Shown: positions 40,702 to 50,000 of the stretch, piece after piece
How positions within the stretch are numbered: position 1 is the first letter of the stretch
Layout: each line of letters starts with the position of its first letter
IMG/VR virus record: IMGVR_UViG_3300042940_001591
Origin: a virus
Taxonomy: Duplodnaviria > Caudoviricetes
Strand: one strand, 5' to 3'
Length of the DNA: 64,000 nt
The notes under the pieces: generated by a model
What the model saw: the letters and a program-made list of their open reading frames with translations, nothing else
What the model was told of the DNA's origin: nothing
Databases searched by the model: none
Program-made: the position numbers and the translations under genes

Positions 40702-42081
40702 TTAGTTTTGTTTGTTTGCTACTTCTTGTCTCTTTAAAAAGGCTTCTCTTGCTCTAACTTGGTTATTTTGAACTTTTTGTTCTTCGTGACCTAATAGAGT
40801 ATTTTGTGATTCTGTATCAATAAGTAAGAACTCATTGTTGAATTTACAGTTTTGCCATATGATACCATCCTTACCTATACGAGATTTAAGTAAAGTTAAA
40901 GTTGCTAAGTTGTGTTCTTTTTGTTCTAATGTTTTACCAATAGATAATATAACGTGAGCAATTTGTGCCTTCTTGATTGAACCTCCCATTTGGTCTCCTG
41001 TTACAACTTCAGATGAAATTGATTCACGATTACCTTGAGTTGCTGTCCATATTGCCATATCAAACTCACCTGTCATTGCTTCTAAACTTCTCATTACCGA
41101 ACCCTCACCTTTCCATTCTTCTCCGTTTGTTGATTTATCTGAAGATACACAATCAATATAATCAATAATTAATAAATCAATTTTGAATCCATCTGAATTC
41201 AGTTTTCTAACTTTAGATTTGATATCGGCTATTGTAACATTATCACTAGCTAATTTTAATAATCTTAAATTACCTTTTGATTTTTCTTGTACTTCCTCAA
41301 CCTTTTTCTTAACTATGTCCTTAAATTCTGGTTGTTCGTCCGCAGTAATGTCAGTCCAAATTGTATAGTGTTTTCTCTTAATGTTACCCGGATTATCTTC
41401 AAAAAATATTTGAAGTACGTTAAAGTCTAAATTATATGCTGTATTGGCAAATTTAGTTAATAATGTGGTTTTACCAGTACCAGTTGGTGCAAGAACTACT
41501 CCTAATTCACCTCTACCTAATCCACCCTTAAGAACTTTATCAACTCCAACAATTCCAGTTGCAATTGGTAGACGATAGTCGCTTTCTAACGCCTCATCAA
41601 TATTATGAAATACGTCAGTTGCATCATCATTACTGATACCAACTTGTAATGCCTTTTGAATGATTTGTTCAATTTTACTATAAGATTCGAACTCACCGCT
41701 TTCAATAATACTTTGTACACTTTTAAGTTCTCTTTTTAAATTTTGTTGTTTACAAAAATTAAGTGCCGTGTCTTTAATATATTCAGTTTGACCCTCTCCT
41801 TCACTTATAGCCGTTAATGTGTCTAAATGTACTTTAGAAGAATCACGGTTACCTCCTTCAGCCATGATTTTTTGTGCTAACGTATCGTAATTAGGTATTT
41901 TACTATATATTTTGTACAATTCCTTTGTGTTCTCCATAATAAATCTAAATGAATTATTATCAAAAAACTTAGCTTCAATTACATCAATAATCGTTTCTCC
42001 GTACTTCTTATCCTCAATTATTGCCTTTATTAGTGATTGTTGAAATGTAAATCCCAAATACCCAAAATTCCTTTCTTCCAT
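40702..42081 (-). CDS. dnaB: DnaB-like replicative helicase
   Basis: [15 protein letters not shown] Walker A, LLIIDYID Walker [15 protein letters not shown]; 459 aa. Confidence 0.9.
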   Translation of the reverse strand: MEERNFGYLGFTFQQSLIKAIIEDKKYGETIIDVIEAKFFDNNSFRFIMENTKELYKIYSKIPNYDTLAQKIMAEGGNRDSSKVHLDTLTAISEGEGQTEYIKDTALNFCKQQNLKRELKSVQSIIESGEFESYSKIEQIIQKALQVGISNDDATDVFHNIDEALESDYRLPIATGIVGVDKVLKGGLGRGELGVVLAPTGTGKTTLLTKFANTAYNLDFNVLQIFFEDNPGNIKRKHYTIWTDITADEQPEFKDIVKKKVEEVQEKSKGNLRLLKLASDNVTIADIKSKVRKLNSDGFKIDLLIIDYIDCVSSDKSTNGEEWKGEGSVMRSLEAMTGEFDMAIWTATQGNRESISSEVVTGDQMGGSIKKAQIAHVILSIGKTLEQKEHNLATLTLLKSRIGKDGIIWQNCKFNNEFLLIDTESQNTLLGHEEQKVQNNQVRAREAFLKRQEVANKQN

Positions 42082-42106
42082 GTTATGTTTTATTATATAT
42101 TAAAAA

Positions 42107-42556
42107 TTATAGTTCGTAATGTAGATATGTTGTTTCCAATTCTTCAGATGATAAAATGTCAGTTAAGTCTGACAAAATACGCTTAAGTTTTGGACGAATA
42201 TCAACCGTATACCTAACCTTTGGATGGTAATAATATGCGGGGAATATCCTTTGAATAAATACATCGTCATTCAACTTAATGACTAATAAAAAATGTTCTC
42301 TGTCCTTCTCCGGAGCATCTTCCACATAGTCCGAAGATAGGAAATAATTTTGATTTTCACACAAATAATCGGAACTTTTTATTTTTAAATCCTCCGCAAT
42401 ATCTTCACAAATATTTCTTATATAATAATGTAAATCCATAGAACGGCGGGATTGTTCTACATGATCCTTAACATTGAAGAATCGTTGACAGATTATGTTT
42501 CCTTCTAATGTTAAAAGAAACTCAAATTTTGTGATGTCAAGTTGTTGGTTACTCAT
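42107..42556 (-). CDS. hypothetical protein
   Basis: 149-aa ORF overlapping the exonuclease stop by 8 nt (ATGAGTAA). Confidence 0.7.
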   Translation of the reverse strand: MSNQQLDITKFEFLLTLEGNIICQRFFNVKDHVEQSRRSMDLHYYIRNICEDIAEDLKIKSSDYLCENQNYFLSSDYVEDAPEKDREHFLLVIKLNDDVFIQRIFPAYYYHPKVRYTVDIRPKLKRILSDLTDILSSEELETTYLHYEL

Positions 42557-43571
42557 AGATTTTTACTTTAATTGTTTTTTTTTTATTTTTTTCTTTTGTT
42601 GTTAATCGAAGAAATGGGTTTATAAATTTAATCCACGAATCGTCAGATTTTGATAATAGATTGAATATTCCATCGTCCCTCATCATTCTCATAGCATTTT
42701 TATATGACCTACCTTCTTGGTCTAAATTTTCATTTATTAGTAAATTTATATTTTCTTTAGCCTCATCAGTTAAAAAAGGTTCTTCCAAACTTACGATACG
42801 ATTGTTAATATCGAAAAATTCCTCACCTAATACTCCGTGTTTGGTAACACCTGTTAGTAAATTTGCAATAAGTTTGTTGTGTTTGTCTTGTTGAAAGATT
42901 TCCTCACATTTGTTTTTAACTCGTTCAACAGAAATTTGTTGTGTTTTTAGTTCAGGGAAAACTGATAAAAATCTTTTTACTCCCATTCCTCTTATACCGG
43001 CAATGTTGTCTGAAGAATCACCACACATCATCTTAACCAATTTAACATTTTCGATTAAAATTTCTTCATGGTTGTATAGAATAGTATCGTTTTTTTTGTA
43101 AAGTTTTCCGTGTGAGGGATTGTAAATTTGTGTGGTTTCTGAAACGAGTTGAGTTAAATCTCCGTCTGAAGAATAAATTATTTTATTTTCGTCAGGTGAA
43201 TTTTGAGTATAGTAAGCGATGTTGTCATCAGTCTCACAATACTCATATTCTCCCTGTCTTACAAATAACTCCTCGAGATATTGTTTTACTCTATCTCTTT
43301 GGTAGTTATAGGAATTTAATTCTTCTTCACTTCTAATTCTTTGTCTTCTATTTTCCTTGTAATGGATATAGATTTTCTTTCTGGTTTGTGAACCTTCCAA
43401 TCCATCCCAAAATACCACTATTTTATCTAAATGATATGTTTCAAATGATTTTCTAAGAGTATTGAGAAAATGATAAATTCCTCCAATATGTGCTCCTTTA
43501 TGAAAGGCGTTCTTAACACCATAAAAACCAATCGTGAGTAAATTGTCTCCATCAACAAGTAATACCGACAT
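42549..43571 (-). CDS. 5'-3' exonuclease / T4 RNase H-like flap endonuclease
   Basis: LLVDGDNL, ETDDNIA, SSDGDLTQL, GDSSDNIAGIRGMGVK helix-hairpin-helix; 340 aa. Confidence 0.92.
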   Translation of the reverse strand: MSVLLVDGDNLLTIGFYGVKNAFHKGAHIGGIYHFLNTLRKSFETYHLDKIVVFWDGLEGSQTRKKIYIHYKENRRQRIRSEEELNSYNYQRDRVKQYLEELFVRQGEYEYCETDDNIAYYTQNSPDENKIIYSSDGDLTQLVSETTQIYNPSHGKLYKKNDTILYNHEEILIENVKLVKMMCGDSSDNIAGIRGMGVKRFLSVFPELKTQQISVERVKNKCEEIFQQDKHNKLIANLLTGVTKHGVLGEEFFDINNRIVSLEEPFLTDEAKENINLLINENLDQEGRSYKNAMRMMRDDGIFNLLSKSDDSWIKFINPFLRLTTKEKNKKKTIKVKIYE

Positions 43572-43581
43572 TTAAAATTAA

Positions 43582-44562
43582 TTATAGATCACTCTCTTCT
43601 GTTACAACTTCTACGTCCGTAATGTCTGTAACATTAACACCTAACATCTTACTGATGTAATCACCACTTTCTTTTTTGTACTCTTCAAGAGATTTTTTTT
43701 CTTCTCCTTCCTCTCGTCCAGCCATAAATCCGTGTGATGTAACCAAGATACGTCCGTCTTCATATCCTAAACCATTGATGTGGTTTTTCATGATAGAGAT
43801 TTTTGTTCTTGTTGCTATTTTTACTTTTCTCTTATCTTTAGTGATAGAGATTTTAGTCGTTCCTGCACCTTTTTGATTACCAAATAAGAATACGATACTT
43901 GAGTTTAACCAAATGGCTTCACCACCTTTTGCTTTAATCTTCGGTTGTCCGAAAGGATTATCAGGTAATTCTACCCAAGGTTGGTTAACAATGATTAATG
44001 TGTTCGTATAAGACTTATCTGTTCTTCTTGAACCTGAGATACGTTGGTTGATACCCATTCCAATTTTGTCAGCTAAAACTGATGCATTGTGTTGTTTACC
44101 ACCTTTACCATCGTAAGTCATTTTACATGGAACCGAACCTACTGAATCCCATAAGATTAATAAATCGTGAGGTAAATCTCCTTTCTCTTGTGCATCTAAT
44201 AATTCATTGATATAATCTGTGATTTGTTCAATGTACTCAAAATCACTGTTGAAAAGATAATCTCCTCCTTTATCGAATCCCATTAATTCAGCATGGTCCC
44301 AACTCCATTTTTGTTCTGTGATAATAAACACGGGAACAATACCTTTCTTTTGAGCATCTACCGCTGACTTTACAAGTGCGGTTGTTTTACCTGTATCACT
44401 ATGTCCTAACAACATATTGATGTGACCCATTGCGGGGCCAGGTATACCTGTAGCGTCTAAGAAGGCACTACCCAAATCGAAAAAACGGTCTGGTTTATAT
44501 TCTGCCTCTTTTGAGAATTTCTTCTTAATAGAAGAAAAATCTGTTTTTTTAATTCCTGCCAT
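43582..44562 (-). CDS. recA: RecA/UvsX-like recombinase
   Basis: GHSDTGKT Walker A, ILWDSVGS, IIVNQ, KGGEAIW, KIATRTKISIMKN; 326 aa. Confidence 0.92.
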   Translation of the reverse strand: MAGIKKTDFSSIKKKFSKEAEYKPDRFFDLGSAFLDATGIPGPAMGHINMLLGHSDTGKTTALVKSAVDAQKKGIVPVFIITEQKWSWDHAELMGFDKGGDYLFNSDFEYIEQITDYINELLDAQEKGDLPHDLLILWDSVGSVPCKMTYDGKGGKQHNASVLADKIGMGINQRISGSRRTDKSYTNTLIIVNQPWVELPDNPFGQPKIKAKGGEAIWLNSSIVFLFGNQKGAGTTKISITKDKRKVKIATRTKISIMKNHINGLGYEDGRILVTSHGFMAGREEGEEKKSLEEYKKESGDYISKMLGVNVTDITDVEVVTEESDL

Positions 44563-44618
44563 GTTTTTGTTTTTTAAAGGATGTTCCCGACAACAATGTC
44601 GGGAACATCATAAATTAA

Positions 44619-45464
44619 TTAGAATGGTAAATCTCCATCAACATCATCTTCTTCTTGTGGGTCAACCACAGGAGTAGAAGTTTTTGGTGATGCAATTACC
44701 TCATCACTTGTAGATGATGAAACGTATCTTTTTTGGTCTGAATCCCAACGTGGGGCTTCACCTCTTGCAACTAACTCTAAGTAGTCTTCACCCTTCTTAG
44801 CATATACATCTGACCAAGTTAATTCATCCTCTAACCATGTTTTTGCAACATCTGCATCCGTGTGTAAAACACCTGAATCTTCAGGGATGATTGAATTAAT
44901 TGTTGTGTATTCCTTACCGTTACCTGATTTAGTTAATGCCAAAGAAAGAATCAAATCACGTCCTGTTTCTGCATTAGTGATATCTCCTTTGTTACGGAAA
45001 ATTGGGAATACTTTATCCATAATACCATCACCTTTGTGGTTATGTTTAAATCTCCAAAATTTAACTCCGTCATTTTCATGGTCACGGTCAATAACCTTTA
45101 CAATGTAAAATTTACGAGAACGGTATGTACGTGCTAATTCTTTATCAGAATCAACACCAGTCATCATTAAACCTTCATAAACCTCGTTTAATGGTGAACG
45201 CTTACCTTCTTGTTTAGGGTCGAATAATTTAACCCATTTTCCATCCACTTGAACTTCGTGGAAATAAGCCTCTACAAATGGTGAACTACCATCTTTTGTA
45301 GGTAAAATACGAATACGTCTTTCTTCACCTTTAGAACCCTTAGGTAATACGGTTGTGAAATACTTCTTCATTCTATCCTCTTGGGATACCTTGTTTGCAT
45401 TGCCACTTGTGGCGTTGTTCTTGTTTTTCTCGTACTGTGCTAGTACTGCGTCAAATGTAGACAT
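44619..45464 (-). CDS. single-stranded DNA-binding protein, T4 gp32-like
   Basis: IRILP, YFHEV, FYIVKVIDR, GRDL, acidic C-terminus DDVDGDLPF; 281 aa. Confidence 0.85.
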   Translation of the reverse strand: MSTFDAVLAQYEKNKNNATSGNANKVSQEDRMKKYFTTVLPKGSKGEERRIRILPTKDGSSPFVEAYFHEVQVDGKWVKLFDPKQEGKRSPLNEVYEGLMMTGVDSDKELARTYRSRKFYIVKVIDRDHENDGVKFWRFKHNHKGDGIMDKVFPIFRNKGDITNAETGRDLILSLALTKSGNGKEYTTINSIIPEDSGVLHTDADVAKTWLEDELTWSDVYAKKGEDYLELVARGEAPRWDSDQKRYVSSSTSDEVIASPKTSTPVVDPQEEDDVDGDLPF

Positions 45465-45510
45465 AATTGTTAAAATTTAAGTTTTTAAAACGTTATAGTA
45501 AAATATACAT

Positions 45511-45539
45511 AAAAAAACCCAGACTTGGAAATCTGGGTT
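45511..45539 (-). terminator. intrinsic terminator upstream of SSB
   Basis: Minus strand AACCCAGA-TTTCCAAG-TCTGGGTT followed by T-run. Confidence 0.8.
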
Positions 45540-45571
45540 AAATTATTTTTAAAGTTTTTTTTAAGGTTGAA

Positions 45572-45799
45572 TTACCAAGAAATCACATATCTTGGATAGG
45601 TTCCCATAGTGTCATATGTGGTATCCACCGTAAAACCATAAGATTTTAATGTGGTAATCATTTGTGGGTTTACTCTTGCTCCATCCACCGTTATAGAGTA
45701 TAAACCTTGAGCAGTTGCTCCAGTTACTAAACTATCTATGTAAGATAATGAACTTGTTGCTGTGTTTGATGCAATTCTTGCCGCTGAACCTGATATCAT
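45572..45799 (-). CDS. hypothetical protein
   Basis: 75-aa ORF with ATG, same strand as neighbours, followed by a terminator. Confidence 0.65.
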   Translation of the reverse strand: MISGSAARIASNTATSSLSYIDSLVTGATAQGLYSITVDGARVNPQMITTLKSYGFTVDTTYDTMGTYPRYVISW

Positions 45800-45825
45800 T
45801 TAATTTGGTTTTTTTAATAATTTTA

Positions 45826-46197
45826 TTATTCTAATGTTAAAAGATAAGATAATTTATTCAATTCTCCTAAGATTTCGTCACGAATATTTAATAAATCGGT
45901 ATCTGACGAGTCTAATTGCTCACTCATTTGAACCAACGCATCTCTTACTGTTGAAATCATACCCTTCATATCTAATTCAGATAAGTTACTTAATTGAATT
46001 GTTTTTGTTTCCTCATCTAATGTAAATCTACCATATTTTCCCATTGCGGACTCAATAAATGTGTCGATTAAATCACTTAATGAATCATAAAATCCACCAA
46101 ATGCGTTGTGTCTAGCATAACCTTTGGTTTGCCAATGATTAATCTTCATTTGTGTTTGTAATCCCAATAAAAAGTTTACGTTAGAACTTATATTCAT
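45826..46197 (-). CDS. Dps/ferritin-like protein (DUF5856-type)
   Basis: INHWQTKGYARHNAFGGFYDSLSDLIDTFIE matches the Dps HW...H...D...E ferroxidase pattern; 123 aa. Confidence 0.8.
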   Translation of the reverse strand: MNISSNVNFLLGLQTQMKINHWQTKGYARHNAFGGFYDSLSDLIDTFIESAMGKYGRFTLDEETKTIQLSNLSELDMKGMISTVRDALVQMSEQLDSSDTDLLNIRDEILGELNKLSYLLTLE

Positions 46198-46828
46198 CTT
46201 CTTGTTGTTCTGGATTAAATGAGGTTTTTATAGTATCTGTTGGATAATTATCAACTTCATTTTTGGTTAATACATATTCATTTTTACCACTTACTTGCAT
46301 TTCACCTTGTTTATGTGCGAAAAATTCTTGTGGTTTTTCATTAAACGGATATGAATCCAATGAACGCATTTCAAGTTTCTCAACTCCCGTTTTTGGTTTT
46401 GACGCTTCAACTTTAGCACCCAATTCGTCAATTTTAGCCATAACTTGGTCCATTTGAGATAATTTAGATTCTAAATCACTTAATTTGGTAAACACATCAT
46501 CCATCTTTCCGATAACATCTCCATTTTCGTTTTTACTATCCTCAACATCTTTTTTAAGACTTTTAGTCATATTAACTAAATCTGTAATATCAATCTCTTC
46601 TGTTGTATCGGTTTCAGCCGGTACATCAGCAGGTGCAGCTGCAGGGTCAATAGGTGCCGCGGGGTCAATAGGTGGTGCCACTGCATCTAATGCTGGGTCA
46701 GCTGGTGGTGCCACCGCATCTAATGCTGGGTCAGCTGGAGGAGCATCTTGCTCCATTATCATCGTTTTACCATATTTGTTAATGGCTTTGTAACGATTTA
46801 ATTCTTCTTGTAGTTTTTGTTCTAACAT
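46181..46828 (-). CDS. acidic coiled-coil protein with Pro/Ala/Asp repeat (possible scaffold/internal virion protein)
   Basis: 215 aa; APPADPALDAV duplicated; central heptad pattern. Confidence 0.6.
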   Translation of the reverse strand: MLEQKLQEELNRYKAINKYGKTMIMEQDAPPADPALDAVAPPADPALDAVAPPIDPAAPIDPAAAPADVPAETDTTEEIDITDLVNMTKSLKKDVEDSKNENGDVIGKMDDVFTKLSDLESKLSQMDQVMAKIDELGAKVEASKPKTGVEKLEMRSLDSYPFNEKPQEFFAHKQGEMQVSGKNEYVLTKNEVDNYPTDTIKTSFNPEQQEDEYKF

Positions 46829-46831
46829 GGC

Positions 46832-47032
46832 TTAATCTTGTAATAATTGTCTTCCGTCGTTTGTAACGTATTTTTTATTTATTCTTTCAACAATTCCGTC
46901 TTTTTCTCTGATTGTGTAACATTCTCCCGTTACCATATCACATTCTTCTCTTTCCATTCCGTCATTAGAAACCTTTCTAACTTTTTTTGGATTTAAGAAT
47001 TGATCTACTGCATTAATTTTATTATTTTCCAT
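46832..47032 (-). CDS. hypothetical protein
   Basis: 66-aa ORF preceded by TATTTATA at 47057-47050. Confidence 0.65.
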   Translation of the reverse strand: MENNKINAVDQFLNPKKVRKVSNDGMEREECDMVTGECYTIREKDGIVERINKKYVTNDGRQLLQD

Positions 47033-47049
47033 AATATTCTTTTATATTG

Positions 47050-47057
47050 TATAAATA
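47050..47057 (-). promoter_or_regulatory. TATTTATA putative late-promoter motif
   Basis: Exact octamer in a 45-bp intergenic gap. Confidence 0.5.
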
Positions 47058-47077
47058 TCCCAAATTTGTTAATATTC

Positions 47078-50000
47078 TTATGTCATTGTGAAATAAACAA
47101 CATCTCCATCATATAATCCCAATTTGGTCATTAATGATTGTGATAATGCGATTCCATATCCATCGAGATTTGGTCCAACATTTATTGGTCCTGTTATATT
47201 ATCCTTTGTGATGGGGTTACTTCCATTTGGTGTTATTGTTATTTTTTTATTTGTTTTGGGGTTAAGAAAATGAGTGGTTGCTCCGGCATGTGTTATATTA
47301 ACTCCTTGTGTTTTATTAACTGTTCCAATAATAATATCCGCAGATGCAACACTCAAATCAAATCTTAATGAATAAAAGTCTTTTTCTTTGTTAATATCCC
47401 CCCAAGTTAAATAACTAACATATTCTCCATTATTATTCATCGTCGTACCCTGTATGGTTTTTGATTTTAGTCGAGACAATAAATTCATTTGAATTGCATC
47501 TTCAGGTTTATATGTTTTACCTCCCATCCCAACAGCAATTGCTCTAAAGTATTCATTCTTGTTATATGTTACTTTTTGGATGTATTTCTCACCATTATAT
47601 CCGTTATATCTAACACCAAATACATTGACCCCCGTTTCTTTTGTTAATTGTTCTCCTTTAATTTCTTGTTCCTTACCCCCCATATCAATAGTAAATGTAC
47701 CTTGGTCAGTACTAATTGATTTTTCATTTTTAGTCGAACCTGTTATGTTTAAACTATCTTGTTTAACTCGAGCAACCGCACTTTTGGTAATTCTATCGAA
47801 TAACGCCCTATAACTTGCCATGAATGAATCTTTAGGGTCTGGTAATGAAGCATATGGTATTCTTGTACCCTTAAACGAAGTTGTTATGTTGTTGTTATTG
47901 ATTTTATGTGATACCTCTGTAATCCAATATGAACCTTTGAACATTGGTATGTTTTTCAAATAAAAATACATTGTTGGTTGTATCATTACATTACCTAAAC
48001 ACGTAACATCACAAGTATATGACGCTTGTCTGTATATGTCAAATAATCCAATATCTACTTGGTGTGCTCCCGATCCTGATTCGGACCTACCTAAATTTTC
48101 TTGAGCAATAAATGATTCCGTAGTATTTCTTATTGAACTTTGGTCTAAACTAACCCCTTTGAAAATACTTTGGTTTTGGTCTCCAAAATTAACTTCAAAC
48201 GCAACCACCTTATTTGATTTTGATAAATCAGCATTGCTGAATATATCAGGTATGGTTATGACTAAAGGATTTTTATTTGCATTACCAACATTAAAACTGT
48301 CGTCATTAAAATTGTATTTTTTACTAACATCAGCCATTTCCAAATGTTTGGAAGTTGGTCCCGTATATTGTAAAATCATCTTTGGAGACGATTCTTGATA
48401 ATCTACCTCTAAAAACGTACCAAATAAATTTTGAGCCACCTTTTTAGATGGTGTTAATTTAGATTTGGTTGTTAAATTTGTTCCATAAAAATTTACATAT
48501 GCTGGTAAACCTCTCATATCAAATCCAGTACCATTTATCAACATACCAATAAGACCGTATAGGTTTTGTTTGTCGTTTTCCGGTTCTTCTAACGGTATTA
48601 GTTTTTCTAAACTAAAATACGCTTTATCTCCAATATCTCTATTTGCTTTATCTAAAAATAAAAATTCCTCTAATAACAATCTTTGTCCTATAGAATTACC
48701 TGCAATCCATTTATCATTAAATGATTTAAAATAATTATATTGTTCAAGTTTCATGGGACTGTCATTGTACCCATTTAAAATTGTTTGTTGTATTGTTTTT
48801 GTTTCACTCTTAAGACCAACAAGTTTAGATATAATAGTATTCAAATATAAATCTTGTCTATTTTGAATTCCGTTATGGAATATAGTGTTATATGAAAGTA
48901 TGTTACTAATTAGATATTGTTGGAATGCTCCTTTTGTATTTGTACCTCCATTTTTTCTATAACCCGCATAGATGTAAACTAAAGGTCTAAAAATTCTAAA
49001 ATATTCTTCAGTAAATTCTACATTATTAGTACTGAAAAATTCCACATAATAATTTGTCGGTGTTCCCGTATATGGTTCTGTACCAATTATTAATTTTAAA
49101 TCCTTTTGATTTGTTGTGTCTCCTGTTTGTACAATATCAAAATTATTATATGAGAAACTTTTTACGCTTCCACTTTCCGCAAATCCATTCCAAGTGTATA
49201 AATCAATTTCTTTCGGGTTACCAATAGTTATCTTTATTAAATTAGAATCAGATAAAATATCTTTTGTTATTGTTTTTAAATTTTCTAATTGTTGTTCTCT
49301 TAAAGTTTTTATTAACAAATTTGTGTTTGTTGGGTCGCTATCTTTCTTTTTAACCGTTACAATAGATTTTAATAAATTTTGAAAGTTATCCTGTTTTACG
49401 GATTTAAATTTTTTGTATGGGGTTTCCTCGATAACTCTTTCAGTTGCAAAGTCTAAAAAGTATTCCTCAAATTTATCTAAAATATCAGGACTAAAAGTTG
49501 CAATTAAATCATTAACCTTTTTAAATTTAATAGAACTATCCATCACTAAGTAATCTCCAAAATTAACATCAATGTGATATTCATCATAAGATGGAAACGT
49601 TTTACCCGTATAAGTTGTATAAACAGTTTCATCTGTCCACACTATTCTAAATGAATTTTGTCCTTTATTAAAGTTTTTTTCTGAATCTGAACCTGTTGTT
49701 AAATCTAAATTTGAAGATGAGTTTGCTCCAACTGATGGTAATAATGTATAGTGTGTATCTGTTGATTTTAATTTAGAATTATCAACAAATGATGTCCAAT
49801 ATCTAAATTCATCTCCGTTTGATACTCTATCAAAATTTATTGTATTACTTGTTGTTCTACCAGTAAAAGAATTAACACCGCTTGGTGCATTAATATCAAA
49901 ATGACTATAATCATTTATAAATTGGTGGTAAAGAGCGTCGTAGAATGGATGAACTCCTGTATCAAGTACATCACTAACAGTTTCATTACCAATTTCAATT

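Noticed and set aside
37269-44562. Introns or inteins in nrdA, nrdB, dnaB or recA
   Set aside because: All are uninterrupted, with ordinary lengths and contiguous motifs.
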